Positions 1 to 8,665 of a stretch of 64,000 nucleotides of DNA are shown here, piece by piece. Numbering within the stretch: position 1 is the first letter of the stretch; every line of letters starts with the position of its first letter. The notes under the pieces are model-generated. The model saw nothing but the letters and a program-made list of their open reading frames with translations. It ran no database searches and was not told the origin of the DNA. The DNA comes from an uncultured virus (IMG/VR IMGVR_UViG_3300028048_002245) (Duplodnaviria; Heunggongvirae; Uroviricota; Caudoviricetes): the IMG/VR virus record IMGVR_UViG_3300028048_002245; one strand, 5' to 3'. The position numbers and the translations under genes are program-made.

Positions 1-1036
1 TTACAGCATTCTATAATGGAACGTCCGGCTATCCGAAGTTCAAGTCAAAACGCCGTGCAAAACTGTCATACACTACCAATAACCAGGGCGGGACCATCTC
101 TGTTGCAGATAAGTCTGTCCGCCTTCCAAAAGCAGGCATGGTCAAAGCAAAAATCCATAGAAAAGCTCCTTCCTATATGAAACTGAAGTCAGCGACTGTT
201 TCATATGACAAATGTGGCAGATACTACGTTTCCATACTTTATGAGTATGAAAGGGCTGATATCTTTAGCAATACCCATACATCTGACGACACGGAGAAAC
301 TTCTGGGACTTGATTACAAGTCAGACGGTCTGTACGTTGATTCCGAGGGCAGGTGTGCCGATATGCCCCATTACTACAGGCAATCTCAAAAACGGCTAAA
401 ACACCTGCAACGCGGTCTGTCACGAAAGATCGGCTCAAAGAAGGACGAGACACCTTCCCGCAACTTTGAAAAGCAGCTTGCCAGAGTTCGTAAACAATAC
501 AGGCATGTGGCAGACCAGAGACGTGACTATCTCCAGAAGCGGTCAACTGCCCTTGCTGATGAGTACGACCTTATCGGGGTAGAAGACTTATCACTCAAAG
601 GGATGTCATCTTCCATGGGACTGGGGCTTGGAAAAGCAACAAACGATAACGGCTTTGGTATGTTTATCCAGATGCTTGCCTATAAGATGGCTGATAGGGA
701 TAAGCTCCTCATAAAAGTGAGTAAGACTTTTCCGTCAAGCCAGCTGTGCCAGTGTGGATATAAGAATCCGATAACCAAGGATCTCTCTGTCCGCACTGTT
801 GTATGTCCTGTATGTGGACGTATATATGACAGGGATGTGAATGCAGCCATAAACATAAGGAACGAAGCTTACCGCATCTTCCGATGTGGGGAATAGGCTA
901 AAATCTATGTAGGGCGGGAACCGCCCGAACTAAAGCCTGTGGAGCTGGCTCTGACGGGGTATACCTTTAGCGGGGTATGCTAGTTACCACCAGTCTTGAA
1001 GCAGGAAGCTCGGCTACTTGTAGCCGAGTAGTTCAC
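1..1036 (+). mobile_element. IS200/IS605-family (tnpB-only, IS1341-like) element, copy 1, left part outside window
   Basis: Near-identical to 39330..40365. Identity ends exactly after the right-end hairpin CTCGGCTACTTGTAGCCGAG and terminal GTTCAC (1036). Confidence 0.9.
3..896 (+). CDS. tnpB: TnpB RNA-guided nuclease (5'-truncated by window edge)
   Basis: RuvC motifs GLDYK, GVEDLS and DRDVNAAINI; CQCG/CPVCG zinc finger; near-identical to 39083..40225. Confidence 0.93.
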   Translation, partial: TAFYNGTSGYPKFKSKRRAKLSYTTNNQGGTISVADKSVRLPKAGMVKAKIHRKAPSYMKLKSATVSYDKCGRYYVSILYEYERADIFSNTHTSDDTEKLLGLDYKSDGLYVDSEGRCADMPHYYRQSQKRLKHLQRGLSRKIGSKKDETPSRNFEKQLARVRKQYRHVADQRRDYLQKRSTALADEYDLIGVEDLSLKGMSSSMGLGLGKATNDNGFGMFIQMLAYKMADRDKLLIKVSKTFPSSQLCQCGYKNPITKDLSVRTVVCPVCGRIYDRDVNAAINIRNEAYRIFRCGE

Positions 1037-1056
1037 GGTTATACAAAAGAAGACAC
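897..1056 (+). ncRNA. TnpB omegaRNA/reRNA (3' part) with flank-derived guide from 1037
   Basis: Structured region between the tnpB stop and GTTCAC, conserved between both copies. The 5' boundary is unknown and may overlap the CDS. Confidence 0.7.
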
Positions 1057-1104
1057 GACAAATCCTGTCATGTCTCCTTATCATGGTTATTTATTTACAA
1101 CTAT

Positions 1105-1878
1105 TTATGGCACTCTTTCGCTTTCAGGATTTGTTTTTGTTGGATTTTCCTTTTCCGGATTCTCAGCTCCAACAAATACATTCATGGTATCAAGCGTCTT
1201 ATCATTGTTTATGACGCATACACGCATCATATACGTTCCTGTCTCAGGAAAAAGAATATAGTCATCATTGCGTTTTGCTTTCGCAGTATTGCTTCTGTAG
1301 TGGACTACCTGGTCTGTTACATCAAACCAACTGTCGTAGTCTATATCCTCAGAATCCGCAACGGCATCATTTCTTGCTATGACATCATCCGTATCTTCAG
1401 CATCATCAGCATAACGCATGATCTTTATTATCTGTACGCTTACATCACTTTCGGCTTTTCCGTCTTTTCCTTTGGTCTTGACAGGCCCGTTGAGAGCATA
1501 TTCTGTTCCTTTTCTGTCATTACTCTTGTCAAAAAGTCCGATAAAGGTCTTTATGAGCCTGCTGTCATTTTCAATAGGATACCTGACTCCTGCTTCAAGT
1601 CTTATATTTTTTGTTCCTGCCTTTGTGACCATCTTGGTCTGTGGAATCTTGTGTTCCTTGGCATTGGTTGCAAAGGTCTTACTTCCGTTATTCGGACTCT
1701 TCTTTGCAACCTGCTTCTCAGACAGGTCTTCGCTACCACGCATGATTCCGTACAGGATGCTGTGTTTTCCTCCAACTCCAGGTATCTTAAAAAATGCCCC
1801 GAACAGTACCCCGAACAGAAGGATAGCAGCCACGACTGCAATGAGTGCCCCGCCGTAGTTCTTTATAAATTCTGTCAT
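1105..1878 (-). CDS. Pilin-like membrane-anchored protein (Tad locus)
   Basis: N-terminus MTEFIKNYGGALIAVVAAILL is paralogous to 7824..8024 and is followed by a soluble domain; RBS AAGGAG. Confidence 0.55.
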   Translation of the reverse strand: MTEFIKNYGGALIAVVAAILLFGVLFGAFFKIPGVGGKHSILYGIMRGSEDLSEKQVAKKSPNNGSKTFATNAKEHKIPQTKMVTKAGTKNIRLEAGVRYPIENDSRLIKTFIGLFDKSNDRKGTEYALNGPVKTKGKDGKAESDVSVQIIKIMRYADDAEDTDDVIARNDAVADSEDIDYDSWFDVTDQVVHYRSNTAKAKRNDDYILFPETGTYMMRVCVINNDKTLDTMNVFVGAENPEKENPTKTNPESERVP

Positions 1879-1957
1879 ATTGCTGTTCTCCTTAACTTGT
1901 CATTGACATACCCACAGGCTTTCCCATGGGAACAGTCAGTGTGTCTTGCTTCTATCC

Positions 1958-2392
1958 TCAGAGAGCACCTTTAAGCAAATAGCTCCCTAGCTTTGCGGTT
2001 AAACCTGTGTAAATAGCCTCTTGCGTTTTCTTTGAAGATACACAAAAAAGTTCCCAGTGACTTATAGTCTCTTCTGAGCAACGGTGAGCATCTACCCAAG
2101 CATCTACTTTTTCTGTAAACTGCTTAAATGAATTGTTCTTAAGAATAGAATATACTTTGCCTAACGCCTTTTCGTTGTTTGGTGTAGTTGTATCAGTTGT
2201 TACCCGGTTCAGCAAAAAATTGAGTAACGACTTTTCAGCGCTGCTCCAATAATCATCTTCTGGTGCTGTAGTATTACATACCATTGAAGAAATATCTTCT
2301 CTTGCCTTTATGTCACATAGTTTTTCACATAGCTTGTCTGTCTGCCTCTTCTCTTTCCGTGTTTCGAGTTTTTGTCCTTTCGTTTCTGTCAT
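1958..2392 (-). CDS. Hypothetical protein resembling the all-alpha domain of VirD4/TraG coupling proteins
   Basis: DDYWSSAEKSLL and KTQEAIYTGLTAKL resemble the DxFWxxAE and KTxxSIxxxxxxrL segments of VirD4; no Walker motifs; RBS present. Confidence 0.4.
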   Translation of the reverse strand: MTETKGQKLETRKEKRQTDKLCEKLCDIKAREDISSMVCNTTAPEDDYWSSAEKSLLNFLLNRVTTDTTTPNNEKALGKVYSILKNNSFKQFTEKVDAWVDAHRCSEETISHWELFCVSSKKTQEAIYTGLTAKLGSYLLKGAL

Positions 2393-2408
2393 TTTTTCTC
2401 CTTATATG

Positions 2409-2555
2409 TTACATGACATATCCCATAAATCTCTGTACAAGGGCACCCATCCCAAGATTGGGATTCATAAAGAAAAGCCCTGCAAGCGATATCATGAGTA
2501 TCCCTGCAACCGCAGCAAGTATGGCATCGCCATACTCTGAAAATACCTCAGTCAT
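2409..2555 (-). CDS. Small pilin-like peptide, 48 aa (not in ORF track)
   Basis: MTEVFSEYGDAILAAVAGILMISLAGLFFMNPNLGMGALVQRFMGYVM; RBS GGAAGGAG; same N-terminal motif as neighbours. Confidence 0.7.
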   Translation of the reverse strand: MTEVFSEYGDAILAAVAGILMISLAGLFFMNPNLGMGALVQRFMGYVM

Positions 2556-2632
2556 ATTCTATCTCCTTCCGATTTACTGTTCTGATTGCTTTCTCATTAT
2601 ATCAATCAGTCCTGATAAGTCTCTGATCCATA

Positions 2633-2740
2633 TCAGAATGAAGTCACATAATAAAGCACTAAGCCGAACAGCCCTGCAAATGCCATTCCGACAAGTGCCT
2701 GAAGTATCGCCATTCCATAGTCTTCTACAAACTTGTCCAT
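2633..2740 (-). CDS. Small pilin-like peptide, 35 aa (not in ORF track)
   Basis: MDKFVEDYGMAILQALVGMAFAGLFGLVLYYVTSF; strong RBS AAGGAGGT; same motif. Confidence 0.7.
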   Translation of the reverse strand: MDKFVEDYGMAILQALVGMAFAGLFGLVLYYVTSF

Positions 2741-2761
2741 AAATCAGACCTCCTTAGTTTA

Positions 2762-3124
2762 TTACCTCAAGGATGCTTCGACATAATTGTCTTTAAACAG
2801 ACCCATGATAGGTATAGAGAATTTATAATAAAGCTTTGCATTGCCTCCTACTACTCTTCTCTCATTATCGCCGTCCTGATGTACAAGATTGACAAGTAGC
2901 ACATCCTCTGTCTGATCTTTGCCGCCAAACTGTTCCTTTGCATCACTCTTACAGGCTTCTATTACGCTTGGGGCAAAATTTGAGTTTTCTATCTCATCTA
3001 CATACCCTGAAAGCATCCTATCTGCATTTGTAGCATTTACTGAAGTAAGGATGAAGCTTACTCCAATAAAAGCAACAAGAAGGGTAAAGAAAAGCCCCAT
3101 TATTGATTTGATGACTGTATCCAT
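2762..3124 (-). CDS. TadE/pseudopilin-like protein
   Basis: N-terminal TM helix, amphipathic helix and C-terminal V..Y.F.IP beta motif; lies downstream of the tadA/tadBC-like genes. Confidence 0.5.
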   Translation of the reverse strand: MDTVIKSIMGLFFTLLVAFIGVSFILTSVNATNADRMLSGYVDEIENSNFAPSVIEACKSDAKEQFGGKDQTEDVLLVNLVHQDGDNERRVVGGNAKLYYKFSIPIMGLFKDNYVEASLR

Positions 3125-3192
3125 AATATTCTAGTGGTGGGAACTCCGATACTTTAGTATCGGAGCGGAGCCACTTCTTCCTTTCTTAATTG

Positions 3193-4476
3193 TCAGTTGT
3201 TTATTGCAATCCTATCAATCATATATCCGCTTTGCGGTTCGATCAGCTTTAGATTTCTGTAACTGATGTCACCACACTTTGTAGCTTTATTACCATTCAT
3301 GTCTCTTACACTGAATATTCCTGTTTTTCTTCTTCCAAAGATGAAATAATGTCTGTTTCCTTTATATTCCACTTTGTCGAAAAGCCTGAAACCTTTTACC
3401 TCGTATTCAGCCTGGTTCCGTTTTCTCACACCGCCTTTGGACACCTTCATCTTGTATATCTGCCTGTTGTGACACCTTACTTTCTTTATGAAGTAATACT
3501 CGTCTGTAGGTTCTGCCTCAGGATGTCCGCTTATGCATCTTGCATCGATACGGTGATCCTTTGGTAGATCATATTGCTTTCTAGCCTCAGCAGTCCTGTA
3601 ACCGAATGTCATATGCATTGACATTCCCAGTTCTTTGAGTCTGTCCCACACTGCCCATCTCATAATACCCATAAAAGTGGCATCTCTGAGCGCTGGAACT
3701 TTTGTATCAGGATCCATTATTCTTGCTTTCTTATCTGTAAGTGTTCCTGCGTGATAAGCCTTATGACAGTCTGTACACACTGTTATGAGATTTGACGGTA
3801 TATCAGTACCGCCATTGTGACGCTGTATCTTATGATGTACTTGTAGCAGTGCGTGTTCAGCTCCGCATACCGCACATCTGTAACCGTCACGGAACTTTAC
3901 ATAGGCTTTGATGTTATCGTATCCTTCTGTCTCACTGTGCTGATAATCAGTACCTTCAGGTCTTTTCATGCCTTCAATATCTGCTTTCAATTTCTGTGTA
4001 TCAAAAGGTGCCATCTCAACATGAATCTCAGTTACAGGCAGTATCTGCATTATGTGTTTTGCTGCCATTATGTGTGCTTCGCATTTGGCTTTTACTGAAG
4101 GAGCGAGCCACCCTTTCTTCTTGCAGTGAGTCCTGTTCAGGAATCGTGGCTTTCGATACCTTGTCTTACGGCTGTGCCTTGAACGTCTTTCCTCCCTTCT
4201 TGTGACAAGGAGCTTATTTATATCCTGTCTCAGTTCTACCTGTGCTGAAAAGAGTTCCTTTCTTTCAGTCGTAGCAGAAAGGCCGATATGCTTACTCCCT
4301 GCATCTATGCCAAGTGATACTGGCTGTTTATGCCTTTCACTGTTATATGTGAGCTGTATCGTAAAGGGAGTCCTCCTTACAACAACAGCTTTTCCATCTT
4401 TTAGGAGATGACGTACCTTCCCATATCTTTTAGTTGGCATCAAGGGTTTGCCATCTCTGTCTAGTACATAGACCAT
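3193..4476 (-). CDS. iscB: IscB RNA-guided nuclease
   Basis: PLMP N-terminus, RuvC-I GIDAGS, Arg-rich bridge helix, HNH (CAVC..VHH..N..CTDCH), RuvC-III HRIDA. Confidence 0.95.
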   Translation of the reverse strand: MVYVLDRDGKPLMPTKRYGKVRHLLKDGKAVVVRRTPFTIQLTYNSERHKQPVSLGIDAGSKHIGLSATTERKELFSAQVELRQDINKLLVTRREERRSRHSRKTRYRKPRFLNRTHCKKKGWLAPSVKAKCEAHIMAAKHIMQILPVTEIHVEMAPFDTQKLKADIEGMKRPEGTDYQHSETEGYDNIKAYVKFRDGYRCAVCGAEHALLQVHHKIQRHNGGTDIPSNLITVCTDCHKAYHAGTLTDKKARIMDPDTKVPALRDATFMGIMRWAVWDRLKELGMSMHMTFGYRTAEARKQYDLPKDHRIDARCISGHPEAEPTDEYYFIKKVRCHNRQIYKMKVSKGGVRKRNQAEYEVKGFRLFDKVEYKGNRHYFIFGRRKTGIFSVRDMNGNKATKCGDISYRNLKLIEPQSGYMIDRIAINN

Positions 4477-4489
4477 AGTTTATAAGTTA

Positions 4490-4805
4490 CCTTTCTACTG
4501 TCTTAAACAGTAAATCTTATTGTAGATGCCTGCCCTAAATTTCAGGCAGGCTGTCTGCATCAGTTATCGTACCTTCGCCAATGTTAGAAAAGCTTGTCGT
4601 ACTCGATCATACCAGGTTGACTGTCCTTACCTCACGGGACTGTTTACAGAGCCTGCACAAAGCTGCAGATTAGGTACTATGTCCGCAGGTGTGATAACTT
4701 ATCTAACGTAGCCTTTATTTCAAGGCTTAGGCTATTCAACATGGGATTGTGTGGAAGTTTTACCTTTCATACAATCCCCTATGCTTTAGCATAGGGGTCA
4801 TTGAA
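4490..4805 (-). ncRNA. IscB omegaRNA scaffold
   Basis: About 300 nt structured region upstream of iscB with typical segments (TAGCCTAAG..CTACGTT..TAACATTGGCGAAGG) shared with the omegaRNA at 47383..47650. Confidence 0.8.
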
Positions 4806-4827
4806 TTACAAGCTTTCCGCTCCTTTC

Positions 4828-6417
4828 TTAATATCCTGTTGACATACTTCCCAGTGCCACAACAAAGAAGATAAGCATATCTATGAGAAGCTTTGATGAA
4901 CCTATGATCTGAGGTGCAAGGAAATAAATGAGAAGTGAAGCCATCTTGTTCGAGTTTTCCTGTGCTTCCACGACATCGAGCATTGCGATGTTACGTCTCA
5001 TGATATCCGCAATCTGCTCATCAGGACTTCCGCCTGTACCTGCACTGATCGAATAAAGCATCTTCATGGCTGAGCCGACCTGCTTGATATCAAATTCTGA
5101 CAGGAAGTTTACATAAGGATCAACACTCTTAGGATTCTCCTGCAGCTCTTTCTGGAATTTCTGCAATGCTGGCTGTAAAACGGCAGGTGCTGTCTTTGCC
5201 GACTGCATGATAGCAACCTGAGACGACTCAGACTGCAAAAGCAGTGCAAGCTCTGTCAGCCATTGAGGAAATTTCAGATTGATTTCTCTTATAACCGATT
5301 TTCTTGCGAGTGAATAATCTATCTTATCCTGAAAAAGGCAGAACACGGCAATCACTCCGGCAATAACAGTCACTGGAATGATATTCAGTGCAAAGAACAG
5401 AACTGTAAGGCCGATAGGAAGAAGTGCCAGTTTTATTGACTTCATCTTCTCTTCCTTAAAATTATAGTTGATGACCTTATAGTATTTGTTTACAATCTCT
5501 TCCTGATTTACTTCTTTTCCATCATCGAGCCAGTCGGAAGAAAGCTTCTTCATGGTCTTTGTATAAAGAAGAATATCAAGGAACCACATCGCTATCGTTC
5601 CAAGCTCTACGGCTGCGTTATGGGAAATATCGATACCGTTAAGCTTTGTCATGATAGGCGGCATACGGACGAATACAAGACACAGCAGAACTGTGATTGC
5701 GATAGATGCGATTACAAGCGTCTTCCTATGCTGCTTTTCTTTCTGGAATGTCTCGGTACGTGACTCCCATGCACTTCTGTCTTCAAGAAGGAGCTGTGTG
5801 GTATTGTCAATTCCGCCTCCAAGATGCTCTGCTTTTAGGATAAATCTATGAATCGTATTTATCTTGACGCTCTTGTAATTAGCTTCGATGATATCCGCTG
5901 CTTCCTGTTCGGGATTTGCATTATCAGAGAAAGTGTTCCTGATATGGTCGATCGCCTCAACTATTACATCATGCATCGGGCCATCCTTGAACTGAATCTT
6001 TATATCTTCAAGAGAGGCAAGGAAATTCTTCGTCTTCTTGAATGAATAGAGAAGCTGTTCCATATAAACATTTGCATCATAGAATCTTCGCTGCTCATAC
6101 ATATTCTTATATGAGATAACAAGAAGATTCGGAATAAACATAGCTCCGATAAGGATAAACAGTATAGCATAACCTATCTGGAGATTGAAGAAGTATGCCA
6201 GTGCAATCTCTAAGATAACAAATACTGCATATCTTCCCAGATCCTTTTTAAAATCGAAGGTAAAACCATATCCATTTATCGCTGCTTTCAGATGTCCGGG
6301 ATTGATATAGTAAAGAAAGTTATGATCTTTCTTTTTCTTTGGGACAAAACCTGCCGAAGAATTCCCGGATTTCTTCGTATCAAGCGTAATATCCTCTTTG
6401 TCTTTAAAAATCGCCAC
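4828..6417 (-). CDS. Tad pilus platform membrane protein (fused TadB/TadC-like)
   Basis: Two T2SSF-like helical domains separated by TM pairs (FPQWLTELALLL); directly downstream of the ATPase; GTG start. Confidence 0.65.
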   Translation of the reverse strand: MAIFKDKEDITLDTKKSGNSSAGFVPKKKKDHNFLYYINPGHLKAAINGYGFTFDFKKDLGRYAVFVILEIALAYFFNLQIGYAILFILIGAMFIPNLLVISYKNMYEQRRFYDANVYMEQLLYSFKKTKNFLASLEDIKIQFKDGPMHDVIVEAIDHIRNTFSDNANPEQEAADIIEANYKSVKINTIHRFILKAEHLGGGIDNTTQLLLEDRSAWESRTETFQKEKQHRKTLVIASIAITVLLCLVFVRMPPIMTKLNGIDISHNAAVELGTIAMWFLDILLYTKTMKKLSSDWLDDGKEVNQEEIVNKYYKVINYNFKEEKMKSIKLALLPIGLTVLFFALNIIPVTVIAGVIAVFCLFQDKIDYSLARKSVIREINLKFPQWLTELALLLQSESSQVAIMQSAKTAPAVLQPALQKFQKELQENPKSVDPYVNFLSEFDIKQVGSAMKMLYSISAGTGGSPDEQIADIMRRNIAMLDVVEAQENSNKMASLLIYFLAPQIIGSSKLLIDMLIFFVVALGSMSTGY

Positions 6418-6465
6418 CAGTTCCTCCTTTACTGCTCCTGATGCAGTCTGTTCATACAGATGTTA

Positions 6466-7614
6466 TTACTTCGGGGTCTGCTCTGACGCTTCCTCATTAT
6501 CATGCAGGAAGCCGTCTATATAGTCGTTCTGATAAGGGTTATCGATATGAGCCCTCTTGAACTTCTTATATATTGATTCAGGAAGTCTGTAGTTTTCAAC
6601 AGGCTTACCGTTATCAAATACAAGTTCGGATTTTTCCTTGCCATGATCGTTTGTAAATACTCCAATCTGGTCTATGAATCTTCGAACATGCCCATTCTTA
6701 TCCATCTTTTTATTTACAAGAACTCCTACATCAACGAATGTATAGATATCTGATTCCATTCGTGAAGCTGCCGAACGGTCAGCCACCATGTTTACTACTC
6801 GGTCTGGAATGTTTCTTACATCATCGGTATGGAGTGTGGTGATACCATTTACTCCTGTCGAAAGAGCCTGTACATATTCCTTTGCTTCTTCGCCTCGAAT
6901 CTCGGCAATCATCATCCATCTGGGATTCTGACGGAGACATGTAACGATAGCGTCTGTAAACGTAAACTTGTTTTCCTTTGTCGGATGCACCTGCATTTCT
7001 ATACAGTCAGCTCTTGGCTTGATCTTCGAGAAATGCCATTCAAGTGAATCCTCTATAGTGATAACACGCTCATTCCCTGCAATGAACTGAGAAATAAACT
7101 TACAGCATTCTGTCTTTCCGACACCAGGCTCTCCACATACGATGATATTGCAATGTGACTTTACTGCATTGATAAGGAATGAAAGTATCTCAGGCGTTGC
7201 ATATTTTGTTGCAAGAGAGTCAGGGACTGTGATACGTGCAAATGTAGGTGTCTTTCTGATACATATGCTTGTTCCTGTTGTCGCTACATAGGGATCAACG
7301 ATAGATATTCGGAGATCTTCTGTCTCAGCCTCAAGTACCGGATGAAGCTTGTTGAACTCCTTACTTTCCTTATTGGCTACCTGTTGTGCAAAGTTTCTGA
7401 CCCACTGCTGGGAGATGGGGATATCTGTAACTTTCCTTCGGAAGTTGTTGCAATCGTTAACCCATAGCTCTCTGCCATTATAGTCAACATCTGTTATCTG
7501 CTCGTCCTTGATATATTCATACAGGGGACCGAAAAAAGCAGCTTCTTTTGTCTCTTCTATCGAAGTAGTCGCTGTTTCAGGGACTTCCTGTGTTATTTCT
7601 TTTTTAAATGCCAT
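6466..7614 (-). CDS. cpaF: TadA/CpaF (VirB11-family) pilus assembly ATPase
   Basis: Walker A GEPGVGKT, Asp box ITIEDSLE, LRQNPRWMMIAEIRGEEA, His box TTLH. Confidence 0.88.
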   Translation of the reverse strand: MAFKKEITQEVPETATTSIEETKEAAFFGPLYEYIKDEQITDVDYNGRELWVNDCNNFRRKVTDIPISQQWVRNFAQQVANKESKEFNKLHPVLEAETEDLRISIVDPYVATTGTSICIRKTPTFARITVPDSLATKYATPEILSFLINAVKSHCNIIVCGEPGVGKTECCKFISQFIAGNERVITIEDSLEWHFSKIKPRADCIEMQVHPTKENKFTFTDAIVTCLRQNPRWMMIAEIRGEEAKEYVQALSTGVNGITTLHTDDVRNIPDRVVNMVADRSAASRMESDIYTFVDVGVLVNKKMDKNGHVRRFIDQIGVFTNDHGKEKSELVFDNGKPVENYRLPESIYKKFKRAHIDNPYQNDYIDGFLHDNEEASEQTPK

Positions 7615-7823
7615 TGATTAAAGACCTCTTGTTTCTGATAAATGTGTCTTAATGACACAGTTGATATCTTCTCACAACTAAAGTTGTGGGATTCCTTAAG
7701 ATAAAGCCAATATTGTACCATATCTGAATTCTTAAAAAAAATAAAGTATACAGAGGCAGTGCCTCCGTGCGCCACTTGCGTAGCACACAGGCAGAGCCAT
7801 GTATACCACCGGAATCTTCGGTA

Positions 7824-8024
7824 TTAATCTCCGATTGTGTTTTTTGGATGAACCTGTCCCGACTGATTTGCCTTCTGCATGGACTGGTCGAAGAACTGGT
7901 TGATCAGATCCTGGAACTTCTGAGCACCGATTCCGTTGATTACGAGTACGACAACTCCGATAAGAACGAGGATTGCTACCACGATAAGAAGTACTCCGCC
8001 GTACTGTTTGATAAACTCTTCCAT
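7824..8024 (-). CDS. Flp-like major pilin candidate
   Basis: 66 aa, MEEFIKQYGG followed by a long hydrophobic helix; first gene upstream of the ATPase; start moved to the ATG at 8024. Confidence 0.6.
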   Translation of the reverse strand: MEEFIKQYGGVLLIVVAILVLIGVVVLVINGIGAQKFQDLINQFFDQSMQKANQSGQVHPKNTIGD

Positions 8025-8228
8025 TTGTCTTCCTTTCCCCCGCATTAGCGGGATTAAACGTTTATTCTGTTAACCTGCCTATAATAAGCAGTTATTGAAA
8101 ACAGGGGTTGTTCGCCTGCTTAATTGCTACTTTACTCCTGTTCTTTGCTTTTTCTTTATATTTTCATTAAAAAAAATATATTTGTACTTTTTTCGCATTT
8201 TTTTTGCATATTTTTTGCAATCTGTCAT

Positions 8229-8620
8229 AAATATTTAGCGGGGAAACCCACAGGCTTGCCTGTGAGAGGAACCGCCTTTAGCCTACCTTTCTTTGTTCTA
8301 TAAGATAACTACTACGCATTTTTAACAACTTTAGGTTCTTATATCCTATAGACACCTTAAACCTTGAAAGGTTTTAATTACTCACCCCGGAGGGTGGTTA
8401 GTGTACCATCGCCAATGTTAATGAGAGGTTTTTGCCTGCAACACTGTTCCTAACCTTAAGAACTGTTTAATCACTTGCCTTAGAGCTGCGGACTTGGTAC
8501 TACATCCGCAGGTAACTATATATTCTCTCTTAACGTAGTGCTTAAAGCACTTAGGCTACTCACTCAGGGTTACAGTATTTCTATTGCAACCCCACGGGCT
8601 TGCCCGTGGGTATTAGTGAG
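8229..8620 (-). mobile_element. Non-autonomous omegaRNA-only derivative of the IscB element at 47383..48953
   Basis: Both ends, the omegaRNA and the last ~70 nt of iscB match the 47-49 kb element; the rest of iscB is deleted. Confidence 0.9.
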
Positions 8621-8665
8621 ATCTTCGGAGCAATCGACTATACAGATATGACAGATATGTACAGA

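Larger units (their letters stand above)
3125..4805 (-). mobile_element. IscB-encoding IS200/IS605 element (no tnpA)
   Basis: End hairpins CCCCTATGCTTTAGCATAGGGG (4776..4797) and CCGATACTTTAGTATCGG (~3146..3163) flank omegaRNA plus iscB. Ends approximate to a few nt. Confidence 0.85.

Noticed and set aside
977..1261. ORF spanning the IS right end
   Set aside because: It crosses the omegaRNA and runs antisense to 1105..1878; no coding evidence.
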